From Vicugna vicugna (Eukaryota): a stretch of DNA of 64,000 bases. Made by a program: the position numbers and the translations under genes. The stretch spans positions 310,001-374,000 of the forward strand of contig MU058217.1 of the NCBI GenBank assembly GCA_013265495.1, in the 5' to 3' direction. This document shows, in pieces, positions 1 through 12,470 of the stretch; within the stretch, counting starts at the first letter, position 1; the number at the start of each line of letters is the position of its first letter. The notes under the pieces were generated by a model that was given only the letters and a program-made list of their open reading frames with translations, did not search any database and had not been told where the DNA came from.

Positions 1-3000
1 CAGGGAGGCAAAGGGGACTGTAAATTACAGCTTGTTGCCCGGGAAACACAGTCTCATTATGCCCAGACCCCTGGTACTTGCTGCAGATGCTTGTGAAAGT
101 CCCGATGTGGAGGTAGGATGTCAGAACAGCCCCTGCTATTTTTATCTGCCAGGGGAGGGGTAGGAGGAAGGGAGCCAGCCTTCTCAGCAGCCCGTCAGGA
201 AGCTGGGTTTGAATAAAATGTCTCTGTTAATCACAAGCCGGTGAGCAGAATCACTTGGATTTTTCCTGCTCAGAAGCCAGATGCTGGAACAGGCTGCCGG
301 GAGCACACTGCCTTTCCCTTTCAAAGTCAGACAGACCTGAGAAACGGGACAAAACCTGGGGCCTTTCTCTGGGGTTCCCCAAACCCCTCTAGACTCCAAG
401 GTGGGGAGGCAGCTGCGGCTTCCCATCTTGTTCCTGGAGCTGTTCTCATATTCCAGGAAAGCTGTGGGAATCCCCTTCCCCACGTGGCCCTCACCACGGC
501 CAGGAGGCCTCTGGGCACCTGCTCCAAACCTCGTAAGCAGCACGAGTGACTGTGCTGTTCAATGGCACAAATCCTGCTGTTCGGGTCAAGGTGGAGATTC
601 TCCCCAGAGATGCTGAAGAGCGTGTATCTCTCAGATCCCTGTCATGACAGACGGTGTCACCAGGAAAAGCACCAGCCGTCCAGAGTTCCTCATCATTTGC
701 ATTGTTTCCTCTCGAACCTGTCAATTGGCTCTTCTGTCTTAAATCTGTCTGCCAGGTACAACAAGAATAAAAATCTCTTCCCTCCAGGGTCGGTGAAATG
801 GGGCTCATGCAGGAAGGTATCCAGGGCCCACGGGGAAGCCACTTCCTACACGATCGATTCTTCCCGCCCCTCTGCTGCTTGGCCCCCAGACACTTCACGG
901 CCATGACATAGCTTCTGAACCAGGAGGGTTCATTCATTCCAGCTCATTCTTGTAACTCATGGTATTGTTTGCAAAACTTTTCCATCCATCCTTGCCCCGG
1001 TGGAGACCCCCATGGTTTCCAGTTTAGCAAGTTTTCCTGCGAGGGTTGACTTCCTGTCTCCTTGCATGGACTACATTGTAATTGTGTTAATCAAAATTCC
1101 TGGTTAACCAGATCATCCCCTTCCTTTTTGGGGTCAGAAAATACAGAGTTTATTGTTCTGTGTTCTCTCCCTATTCAGTCCTGAGAAACAGGCCCAGTGA
1201 GTTGATTGGCCCCCAGGGAGGCACTGGGGGCTTGCAGATGGAGATGCAGAGTGGCTTGGACTGTCTTCCAGGAGCGAGACTTGTCTGCAATGCTCAAAGC
1301 GGTTCAGCCTGCAGGCCCAGGGCTGGCAGCTTGGTGGATACCAGGCACCCCCAGGGCGCTGATGTCCACCTCTCATAGTGGGCACCAGCGGCAGCCACAG
1401 GGCGAGGCTTCCTGTAGCAGCTTCATGGATGGAGGACAGTGACAGAGTCGCATGGGGGGATTGCAGAAGGTAGCTGATGCAGGCAAGGAAGAGCAAGGCA
1501 GATGCACATGGGGAATGGAGCTGGGGAGTCCAAGTGAGCCCCCTCTGGGCACTTGTAGGTGTCATCCGGGGAGGCTTTTCAGCAGCAGGATACAACATCT
1601 GGCATAAGCAAGGGGAAGTGGGGTGGGGGGAGGGGGTCCAAGCCAGAGGGATGTGGATTATTGCTGTGAAGGTGAGCCCAGCCACCCATCCACTCTGGGC
1701 AGCGAGGCCTGAGAATGCCTGGATACCGGGTTTAGAAGAGTTCTGGGACATCTGCATTGAAGTGCGGAGAGCCTGGTTTGAATATTTCCTTTCAAATGGA
1801 CTCCAAGAGGCAGCCCTGCCAACCAGGTGATTTACAGATAGGGGGTGTGAGGATCCCCGTGGAAGGTTCTGGCAAAACCTCTAAGTCAGCCTTGCTTGCT
1901 GAGGAACCCTGCACGCAGAGAAGTGGAAGGGAGAATGGTGTCGCCGTGGCTCTGGGGCTTCTTGCTGGGAAAAGCTGGAGGTGAGCCTTATGGTTAAATC
2001 CCCATTCACCAGGGGTCCAAGCAGAGTGGATGAAGGGACGCAGAGCAGCTCACACTCGGGCCGGGCAGTGGTTAGAGTTTTCTCTGAGCGCTGAGAACTT
2101 CCAAAGGCAAACAGAGGGTGCAACTGAGTCTTCTGGAAGCCCTGGGCCCCTAAGTGCTTTCCCTCGTCCAGCGAAGCACGTCGGTCCCAACCTGTCCAAC
2201 TTCATGGACTCCAGGTCTCAGAATTCCCTGTGGAGGAAGGTCTTTGGTCTCCAAGAACTGTGTCCCCTCTGGCTGCAAATGTGTCCTCCTCTGGGGAAGA
2301 GAGGCGAGCAGATACGATGCCAGAGGAGGGGAGCCACCGGCAGGCACCTGATGGGCTCGGCAGGGGTGGGGAGAGGAGGAAAGGGACTTCCTCCTTCGAG
2401 AGGGGAAGGGAGAGCGGGACCTGCTTCCTTCCTCTTGGTGTCCTCACTTTGTCCTCCCACCCCGTGACCTTTTCTAGTCTTACCTGGAACTCGTGATCCA
2501 GGTTACTATTTCATTTTTCGTGCTATATATTGAGAACAGTGACACATACACATGTTCTGTAACTAGGTTTGTGACGATGACATACACATTTTTTTTTTAA
2601 AGCTTTTGGTATTCAGCCCTGGCCCTTTTTAACTGGAGATCTTCCTTCTTCACCTGTAATGATTTTAATCTTTCAGGCAGGTGGAGTGCATCTCTTAACC
2701 ACACAAGTGGTAAATGTCCTGAACCCTTGTCTGTAGAGCAAGGTGTTTCCATCGCTTTCACTCGTGAAAGACATGGGGGCCACAGAGGAAGGGGTCGGCG
2801 TGTTACTGCGTTAACAATCCAGAGGGGGCTGTGTTTGGGACTGTGGTCACGGAGGAGCCTGAGGCTTATTTCTGCTGCTTTATTGGAGGCAGGTACCCTC
2901 CTCCCACTTAAACAGCTGTAGGACTTCATCCTCATCTTTGCTTTGTAAACGTATTGTTAGAAGGGCTTTGCTTGTTGGACTTTGAAAACCCGTTTTGCCT

Positions 3001-4629
3001 GGAGCAGCACAGGACCTTCCACGCTCCGTGTGCATGTCTTCTCTGAGCTGAGGGAAGTTTTCTTTACCCCCATTAACCTTCCTTTATAGTTTCTTTTCTG
3101 TCACAGCTTTTGTTCTGTTCGCTTCTTCAGGAATGCACAACATCCATATCTTCTGTCGCTTCTGTTTTCATGTTTTCCCATTTCCTTTGCATTCTGGGAA
3201 AAAAAGTTCGTAAGTTTGTTCTGCGCATAATTCTTTTTTCTTTCTGCAATACGAATTCTGTCTTCTATTGTAACAAATGTGGATGTTCCTCCTGTTACTA
3301 CCTTTTAAATTTCCCTACAGTTTGGAGCACATCTTGTCCTTCTTTGATATCTTTTTTTTTAAACCAACTTGCCTTTTTTGTATTTGTTCTCTCCTTATGA
3401 CTTTTTTCTTTTGTGTCATGGATGCTGTATCTTCCTGCCCACTTTTGAGGTTGCTGAATGGTTTCCTGGAATTTTTTTTTTTTCTTTTCTGAGACCAGAT
3501 GAGCTCTCAAGTAGAAGTTTGTGCTTCTCCTGAGGCTTTCAGATACTGTTCCTCCGTCTATTTTCTGCACTTAAAGAAACCCTTTCTTATCTTATCTCCC
3601 CCCACCTCCCTGCACTCAAAGTTGAACAGTCGGTTCACTCAGATCCGTGAAGAGCCGGGGTTTGCTCACAGGTAGGGCACACACGCTGCATGGACTGCCA
3701 TTCTCTGTCTACTTGTTTGGCGAAATGGCCTCTCACATCTGTTTGAAGCCCAGTTGCTACTACAATCCCCAGTTTTCATTCTTTCATTCATCCATCCATC
3801 CATCCATTCAGTTTTCTGGGTACTGAACAGAGACTAACACTAGGAGCAAGATGGACATGGCCTTGCCTTCCTGAACCTTAGTCTGTTTCTCTGTTGTGTG
3901 ACTTCTCGTCCTCCTCCTCCCTCTGGCCAGGTCTCCAGATCTCTCACCCCTAGAAGAACGGGAAGATGGTGCCAGTGTCCATCCTCTCCCCACCAGCCTG
4001 TAAAACTGCTTGTGAGGACTACACTTCCCAAAATGCATCGTGCTGTTGCCATAGGTCCCCTCCTTCTTCCCCCAGCTATTTTCTGTGAGTCGCTCTCTAT
4101 GGATAGAAAGGCAGCCAGAGAGAACAGTACTGTCACCTGTGAGACAGAGGCAAGGTGCCCGATACTCGTGTAGGCACAGACCCTGAGGCTGGCGGTGTGG
4201 GTGTGGGAGGAGGCCCTACTTCCTGCCTTGTGTCTTCAACCTGGAGTCGGAGCTCATTTATCCTTGGGTAGCCGTTCCTGGCTTTGCACAGGAATCTCTC
4301 CACCCTAAACAGGTGTCCGGCAGAAAGGCATGGGGAGGTGTCTCTCCAGTTTCCTGCCCAGCCAGGACTTGATCTTCTTGGTGGCTTCCTTGCAGCCCCG
4401 TCACTAATTGGCTGACCTACGTCGAGTGACAGTGGAGGCCACTCCTGGCCTCTGGGTCTGGACTGCCCCGGGCACACCACTAACAAACCAGTTGCCAGAG
4501 ACCCATACCTCCCAGGCACTCCCAGGCACACCCAGCCAGGTCCTGGCTGCTCCCAGGTGTCCCAGCTGGCCGTGTGGTTGGGGAAGGAAGAAGTTGCTGG
4601 AGAGTTCTTTGTGGAGAAGCCTTCAAGCC

Positions 4630-4927
4630 GTGCCAATCACAGCAACGGGCTCATTAGCAGTCATTGCCATGGCAACGGGTCTGCCAGAAAGTGGCTCGTT
4701 AGGCTGACAACTTCAGCACTGTTATATATAGATCTGGGTGTGGGGGGAGTGGGGGTGTGGGGCCCCGTGGATATGCCTTTCTTTAGCGCTCCTATTGCTT
4801 CTGGGTTTGGGATGTGAGAGGACGTGGAATAGGAGGACCTTAAAACTGTCTGATCCGGCTGCGAAATCCAGTATCTGAAGACCACCCGTTACCATTGGCG
4901 AATAACATTTGCTCACAGCTGCAGAAG
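4630..4927 (+). promoter_or_regulatory. Candidate internal GAS7 promoter and non-coding alternative first exon
   Basis: Ordered cluster: CCAAT (4633-4637), palindromic X-box (4663-4676), TATATATA (4723-4730), G-tracts (4736-4762) and a donor AAG|gtagga after 4927. Confidence 0.5.
4663..4676. promoter_or_regulatory. RFX X-box (ATTGCCATGGCAAC)
   Basis: 13/14 match to the palindromic RFX consensus GTTGCCATGGCAAC. Confidence 0.65.
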
Positions 4928-5254
4928 GTAGGAATCAGGTGCTCCCAGAAGCCTCCTGAGGGGAAAGGAGTTCCGGGTTGAACTTGAATTGTGGTGGAGG
5001 CTGTGGGGAGCGGAGTGTGGGGTTGCTGCTGCCTGAGGGCTGCAGACACAAGATCAAGTCTCTCTTAAAATAGTCTATCTGAAGGGTCTGGGCTACGGGC
5101 TAGAGCCTTTTCTTTAATAAGTAGCCGTGCAGCCATACACTGTCCTTTTGTAAATCATTACTTCCCTGTTCACAGGTCTGGTGTCAGAAGTGATGTTTTC
5201 TCTCAGTGGCTCCCCTCTGAAGCCGCGGACCAGTCTCTTCTGAGTTCACTGAGC

Positions 5255-5410
5255 ATAGACGCACCTGGGACGCCTGTTAAAAGGCAGCAGGCGTCCCAGA
5301 CACAGGTTGATTTGATGTGTGAGTCAGGGCTCTGGAATCTGCACTTTAACCCACATCCCAGGGGACAGACTGGGTGTCCCAGGGACCACACTCTGAGAAA
5401 CATTGCTGTA
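5255..5410. mobile_element. MER5A-like hAT DNA transposon relic
   Basis: Motifs ggaatctgcactttaac and gggaccacactctgagaaacattgc. Confidence 0.6.
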
Positions 5411-5809
5411 GGGGGATTTGCTTCTAATCTCTGAGTGGCTTCCCTTTGTTTGCCTGCTCTACCCACCCCCACACGGGGGAAATCAGTAGCCATCATTAAG
5501 AGGAAAATTCCTTCAGTTGTGTTGTTTTAAGTAAGGAGACAAGGAAGTCAACCCACAGCCGGGGAACGTGACTGCCTGGATGTGGGTGGTGATATTTCTG
5601 CCCGTCTCCTGGGAAGGCATATGCTCATTTGGAGACCACGAGACAGGCAGGAGAATGAGTTGCCATCCTCCTTCGGTGGGAGCTGGGACGTCAGGTGGTC
5701 CAGGTGAAGACATGGAGCTGCTCATGGACAGCTGGGGAGAGACAGGCTGAGGGTAGCCAGGATTTGGATGACTGGACAGAAGTCTCTAGGACAAAGCTAG
5801 TATTTTCAT

Positions 5810-5990
5810 GTTTGATTTTACCATTTAATTAGCTGTGCAGCACTGGGTGAGATATTAAACTCTGAGTCTCAGATTCCTCACTCTAAAACGGGAAAGAAAA
5901 ATGGTATTTGTGTGGTAGGCTTGTGGTGAAGATCAGAGATAAGTATGTAAAGCACCTGGCCCAGTCCTTGTGCGCTGTAACATTTGGTGA
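5810..5990 (+). mobile_element. MIR SINE relic
   Basis: MIR core: ctctgagtctcagattcctcactctaaaacggga...gtaaagcacctggcccag. Confidence 0.65.
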
Positions 5991-6734
5991 GCGGTGAGTG
6001 TCACTGTCATGGCCACACATGGGATCTGTGCTCAGATGTTTCTTGATTACCTGAGACTGGAGTTCTGGAGTGATCTAGAGACTCTTGCTATTCCATAGGA
6101 AATAGGGTGAGTACGTGTTCACCTGCCTTCATTTGCTGGGGCAGAAGCTCCATCATTTTCTTCCGATTCCCAGAGGATGGGCTGTCATGTGCAGTTGAGC
6201 AGGTTGTTTACTGAACAAGGGGGCCCAGACTAGGGAGTCAAGGAGGCTGAAACCCAGCCTTGCACTCAGGGGGCTGGCCTATCTGGAGGAAGAGACAGCG
6301 TTTTCTAATTCCCGCACAGCCGTCCTGGGCATTAGTTTAAGAATTTCTGAGTTGGAGTAAACTGTCTTCATCTCCCTCGACTCCCACTCCTTCTGATCTT
6401 GTTCCTTGTACGCGGGGCCCCCAGTCCCTGGGCCAGCCTCACCACTGCGTCTAGTTCCTATTCCCATGGGAAAGAGATGCCAGAATGGAAGGGGAGAAGC
6501 CACAGGACTAGGGAAGGGAAGGGGAGGATTTGACTTGGAAGGAACTTGGAAGAAAAGTAATTAGAAGAATAGGTTTGGCAGAGACCTTAATTACCAGGTA
6601 GTCACTCAGCTGAATCCCCTTGACGGCTGTGGGGCAGCTCTCCCACGAGGCCTGCCCGTCCACGGCCATGACAAGTGAGGTAACCATTTGGGCCTCTTGG
6701 ATGAGGGCCTGCAGGTGGGGAAGCCAACTGTGTG

Positions 6735-7220
6735 TGTGGTAAAATACACGTAACATAAAATTTACCGTCCGTGACCTGTATACATTCACAGTTTTGTGCA
6801 GCCATCACCACCATCTAGTTCCAGAATGTTTTCATCATCCCAAGAACGAAACCCTGTACCCATCTTCCCCCTCCCTCATTCCCTGGAGACCACTGATCTG
6901 CTTTCTGTCTCTGGATTTTCCTGTTCTGGGCATTTCATGTCAATGGGATCACACAGTATCTGGGGTTTCGTGTCTAGTTTATTTCACTTAGTGTGACTTC
7001 ACCGTTCATCCGTGGGTTCGGGCGTATCAGCCCTTCATTCCTTTTGCTGACTGAATATTCCTTTTTAAGGATACACCACATTCACTTGGTCTGTTCATCA
7101 GCTGATGGACACTTGGGTTGCTTCTGCCTGTTGGTGATTGTGGATAATGCTGCTGTGAACATGTGTGTGTAAGTGTAGTGTTTGAGCTCCGTTTCCAGTT
7201 CTCTTGGGATGTACCCAGTT
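6735..7220 (-). mobile_element. L1MB-type LINE 3' fragment
   Basis: Typical antisense L1 3' text: taaaatacacgtaacataaaatttacc, ctgatggacacttgggttgcttc, aatgctgctgtgaacatgtg. Confidence 0.8.
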
Positions 7221-9975
7221 GTCTCCATGTCTTTGACCCCTGACTTATCTCAGGCCAGCCAACAGGAATAACTTCTATCTGGGAGAGGGGAGAAGACAAG
7301 GGGACTGTGGCGGCCTTGGAGGGTGGTGGCAGAGCACAGATGGCAGGCAGAGCAGGGACCTTGCTAGAGAGGATTTGGGGACCATCTTTGCCACATTGGC
7401 CACATTAGGAAATTGGCTGAGTTGGCCCTGGTGCTCCCTCTCTCTGTCAGCACCTCTTGGCCCTCCTTGGCTCGGCATCAGAGATGCCTCCTCCAGGTAC
7501 CTTCCGAAGGTCCTGCGTTTCCTAGATGGGGGACACCTCGGAGCAGTCATGGCCCCTCCTTGGTCATCAGTGTCTGTAGTTGGAAAGCAGGGCTGCTTCT
7601 GACCCTACAGAATTAAGTAAATTAACTAGAGTCATTCTAAAGAAAAAAGTACCACCCAGCTGTGGAGATGGGACGGATTTCATTGATCGATTTCGCAGGT
7701 GGGACCCAGAGAGTCAGACAGGTTCCGTCCACCAGCCAAGCTAAGAAGAGGTCTCACCAGAGCGTGTGAGTCAGCGCCTTAGCCCGTCAGCCTCCCCGGT
7801 GGGTGTGTGTTTGCCTTTTAAGTTGAGTAGTCCTGGAAACAGACACCTCAGGGAAGTAACTGTGAATGGTGATGTTTCAGCTGCGGTGAGAGTTGGGTGG
7901 AGGCTGGGTGTGTGCCCCTGAACTTCCCATCACAGGAGGCAGAGGCTGTGTGAAGCTTGGCATCAAACGGTCCCCTTTTGGCTGGGACCCCCATTTTTTT
8001 GAGTATGATGGTGACAGTCACTGCCTTAGGTCCCCAGTTGGTTATTAACCTCCATGGCATCTTCTACAGCTGGACTACTACCATCATCCTCTATTTCACA
8101 GATGTGGCAATAGGCAGGTGGGGCGAGTCATTTCCCCGGGTCACGTGGCGGCTACGTGGTCGCGTCAGGATTAAGTGAGCCTGAGGCCACAGGGCTGGTT
8201 CACTGTGCTGCTGGGTCCCTCTCTCCTCAGCCACCTATTTCTGGCCATGTCTATCTCTGACCCTTGGTTAACACCCCTTAACAAGTTCTCATTTCTTACC
8301 AGGTTATTTAGACAAGCACCAATCTGGCCTTCTCTCCTTAGATTATAAGTTACCTGAACTCAAGCAGAAGCAACCTGGTTCTAGACTTCTTCTCTCCAGC
8401 CAAGCCCCATGACCTCCCCGTTCCTACTTTACGCCCAACTCCATTCACCCGAAAGGTCCACCTCCTGCATGTGGGATATTTTATATGTACAAGCCCTGTG
8501 CTCATCGTGGGGCTATTGGTCTTGCATGTATTTTGACCACCTGCCGATCGGGAGAGGCGAGAACAGTGTCTAGACGCCCAGGTAAACACGCTCAGGTGTG
8601 TGCTTGGGCTTGGTGAATGTGCCCTGCTGGTGAGGAGGCCTCCTGGCTGCCGTCTTTAGAAGCCAGTCGTTCACACGGAATCAGAGAGGCACTGCGGGTT
8701 GACAGGTGTGTGGGAGACAAAAGCATTTGGGGCATAGGGGAGGGCTTTTAATTAAATTGTGAAAATTCGTAATGAAACACGCACCGTGACTATGCAGAGG
8801 GCCACGGGGAGGCTGTGTTTACTTGAGTCCCAGGAGCAGCTAGGACTGATCTGATCCCACTGAAGGCGTGCAGGGCACCACAGGGAGCAGACGCATGTGG
8901 TTTCACAGCTTCTGAAAGCAGAGAGCAGTCTGGGAGCTGCGCGTCTCTACTGCTGGCTTTCACTCTCTTATTTTCCTAAGTAGGGGTCCTTAGTGACTGG
9001 AAACCGCCTCTGCGGGCCTGGCTGGGGAATGCTGAGGTTGCTTGGGAAGAGCTGATTAGCTTTAATATTTTTTATTATTAGTCCGTCTTTGTTGAGAAAT
9101 TGACAGCACTTCTCGTGTGGCTGGAATTCTGATTTTAGTCAGTTTTCTTTATTCGCAAGGAACAACAATTGAATGGGCTCATTTGGACCCTCTTTCCTTA
9201 TCTTTAAATGTTCTTTAGCTAACAACTTTTATTTCTGTGTTTATTGAAGGAAATTTAGGTGGAAGAGAGAAGCAAAAAGAAGAGACTGCAAATTCCCTGT
9301 CATCCCACCACCAGGAATTGTCTCTGTTTCAGCCTTTGTATCTGCATCTCGTTTCTGTGTTACATATTTTTCTCTCATTTTGTTTTAAAGAAAAGTACTA
9401 CTGTGCATGGTTAAAAGAATTAAACCGTACACAAGTGCATACAGTGGAAAGGAAGCCTCTTTCCACTCAGACTCCCAGTTCTCCTTGCCAGAGTGATTTG
9501 GACACTAGATTAGGAAAAACCCACCCAGCCCTTCATCAGTTCCCGGACTTGTTATGGAAGTCCGCTGCAACTTGCGTTAATTACTTCTGGGGGGTTCCCA
9601 CTCCAGGCCCTGGGGCTCGTCTGCTGCTGAATTCGGTGGTCCTGGGGATTTTCAGATTCCGCAGTGGGAGCCCGGTAAGTGGGTTTCTAGCGGCCAGGAG
9701 GAGAAAGCTCAGCTCTGCTAATTGACTGGCATCTCCCCTGTCCTCTGGGGGGAGCTGTCCCTTCTCCGGTGGTTCTGAAAATCAAGGGCTCCTCCTGCTC
9801 AGGCAACCCCCGAAACACACACGTGGACGGTGACCTCCCCTAGGGAGGCCTGTGGGCCACACGCCCTCCAACGTCGAGACACCCCAAGGAGCCTTTATCT
9901 GCCTCTGACTTCCTGATTGAAAGACAGCTGCAAAAAATGCCACATGTGTGTGACCTTTCCGTTCCTCCTCCACAG

Positions 9976-10096
9976 AAGCCTGGAATGGTCCCCCCTCCGC
10001 CGGGAGAGGAAAGCCAGACCTTCGTCCTTCCACCGGGCTGGCAGAGCTACTTGTCCCCCCAGGGCCGGCGCTACTATGTCAACACGGCCACCAACG
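9976..10096 (+). CDS. GAS7: GAS7 coding exon (~exon 2, 121 nt): Pro-rich linker and first part of the WW domain
   Basis: Acceptor ttcctcctccacag|AAG, donor AACG|gtgagt. Encodes KPGMVPPPPGEESQTFVLPPGWQSYLSPQGRRYYVNTATN, carrying the WW signature LPPGW...GRRYYVN. Internal ATG at 9985 has strong context (GGAATGG). Confidence 0.96.
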
Positions 10097-11692
10097 GTGA
10101 GTCCCGCTCCGGGGAGCGTCCTGCGCCAGGCCATGGGTCCTGTCAGGGGTGGAGAGTGGGGGGCGTTTCTCCCCTCCCTCCTCCACCTCCTGGGTTTTAG
10201 CCTTTTCCTTCTGAAGTCTACCTGCAGCGAGATCTTGTCTTCCCCGTGGGGCTGGGTGGGAGGGGGCCGCGCCTGGGTGGGGAAGGGTGCCCTTCAAGGT
10301 CAGGGTCATCCTTGGAACCCCACGACCACCTGGCATCTTTGTGGAACTCAGCATCATGGTCTGGGGCTGTGTTTTCCAAACTGGGATCTCAGAGGGGTCT
10401 ACAGCACACAGCTGGTTTAAGTCAAGTTAAACAGGTTAAGCTACTACGCGATCTCTTGGAACCTGGAATGCACTAGTGGCTACCTGAGGAGGACTTAACG
10501 ACAGTGAGGATTTCCTAACTTCACCACAGCATCACTCTCTCTTCCCTGAAGTATCTCACTGGCTGGCATTTCTTAGAATGTTCTTTGGGACATGCTGGGG
10601 CTCCTTCATGATTTATTCTAACCTGTAACAGGAGTTCTCTGTGCATTTCTGAGTTGAGTTAGGCTCGTACCTCCTTGCCTGCAATTATTGTGGGCTTCCT
10701 GGGCCTTCACAGCGACGCCAGGATCCCAGCAGGTAGGCTGCAGAGTGACCTGCAAGAAGGCCAGAGAAGGGTTATAGAAGGAGGAGAGGCAGGATTTATA
10801 CAAGGTGCAGGCTGTGGTCCTGGGCTGGGCAGAGCAAACCCAGCCAGCAGCTCTGTCTCTTGACCTCCAAGACTCCCCAGGGAAATTGCCACAAGAGAGG
10901 AAAACACAGAAAGTTAGACTTGGTGGGCCTCACAAAGGTGTGTGCCCGGGCAGAACACCAAGTCCTTCCCAGATGCACCTGTTGATGCCTCACTTCCCTC
11001 GCCTGTGCCCACCTGACTGATGGCCACCTTTCCACCGGATGGCACTGTTGACATGAGTGATGTTTGTGAACCTGCACTCGGAGGGGACCTGGTGACAGGA
11101 GAGCCAGCTGCTGTTTAGACCAGAGCCGCAGAGAAAGCAGCTGACAGCTGCCACTCGGGGCATTGGGTTTGTTTATACTCCCTGGCAACCTGGCCTTCTG
11201 CGGGCTCGAGGGGTTGTTCTTGTTGACAAGGTAACCGGGGTTTCTAGGAAAAAGGAAGTAGCACTGTTTCTGACCTTTCTAATCATAAGCTTCCTCAAAA
11301 TAAACACACGAGCAGCTTTGTGCTGTTATCAGAGTTTGAAGTTTCAGAGGAAACTGTGTTTATGTGCAGTGCCCCATCTGCAAGATGCAGGAACTGGTCC
11401 ACATGATGCTGAGATCGTTAAGAATTTGGCTTCATGTCCTGAGTGAGTCACTCTGGAGCAAAGGGACATGAGGTAAAAGTGGCTTTCAAAAGTCTAACTC
11501 ATTTTTCCAAAACAGCCATAGAACAGTCCATTGCTAGTGTATGCTCTCCTTAATTTAACTAGTTCCCCCTTTTTTAAGGGAATATTTAAGTCCCATTTTA
11601 CATTACCAGACATCAGAAAACTTTTTTCCTGAAGCCCAGATGTTAGCACGTGCCGTGGGTCAGCCCTGTCTTGTGGGTCCTGAGACACAGGC

Positions 11693-12020
11693 CAGGGGTC
11701 AGCAGATTTTGTCTGTATAGGGCCAAATAGTAAATATTTTAAGCTTTGAGGCTCATGGGATCTCAGTCAAAGCTACTCGGCGCTACTACTATCACACAAA
11801 AGCAGCTGTAGACAATAATAAACCAACAGGTGCAGCTGTGTTCCAATACAACTTTATTTATGGACACTGAAACGTGAATTTCAGGTAACTCTGGCTTCTT
11901 TTTTCAACCATTTACGGATGTCAAAGACTAAGGGTCTTAGTTAAGGAGTTCCCGGCTGTATGATAACAGAGTGGCCCGGGGTTGGCCCACGGGCCATGAT
12001 GGCTGCCATCGCCACTCCAG
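11693..12020 (+). mobile_element. MER58B-like hAT transposon
   Basis: caggggtcagcagatttt...gggccaaatagtaaatattttaagctttg...gctgtgttccaatacaacttta. Confidence 0.75.
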
Positions 12021-12129
12021 GCTGTCTGCCATCCCCTGCCCAGCCTTCCCCACCTTCTCCCATGTGCTCACTGCAGTCCTGGCTCTCAGTCTTGCGTTCT
12101 AGACACGTGCCAGCTTTTGTGCCAGCTTT

Positions 12130-12470
12130 ATTAATTCATTTTTTATCTGTTTGGTTGATTGAATTATTTGTTTAACGAACATTTACTGGGCCTCAGATCT
12201 GTTCCAGGCAGAGTGTTGGATGCTGGGGATATAGTAATAAAAAAAAGAAGCGGCCTCGGCTCTCAAGTGCTTGCCGCCTTAGAGTGGAAGCAGACTTTAA
12301 ATGAATCCGTGTTTGATGACAGTCTTGAGCAGGGCTGTGAAGGAGAGAAGTCCAGGCAGGGTGTTTTGAGAGCATGTCCCAGGGAGACCCTGGGAGGTCA
12401 GGGGAGGCTTCCTGGAGGAGGAGGTGCCCTTCAGCTGAGACAGGGAGCATGAGGAAAGAGTTGGGGTTGG
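12130..12470 (-). mobile_element. L2 LINE 3' fragment
   Basis: tttaacgaacatttactggg...tgttccaggcagagtgttggatgctggggatatag...gaggtcaggggaggcttcctggaggagg. Confidence 0.7.

Noticed and set aside
959..967. ATG|gtattg as a first exon giving MKPGM...
   Set aside because: The donor is weak, it sits in L1-relic-like sequence and has no promoter features.
4669..4707. ATG GCA ACG (MATG...) as the equivalent of the rodent MATALQ N-terminus
   Set aside because: The ATG is the centre of the X-box, lies upstream of the TATA box and reaches a TGA after 12 codons.
4712..4719. REST/RE1 site (ttcagcac)
   Set aside because: Only the left half-site is present; the GGACAG half is missing.
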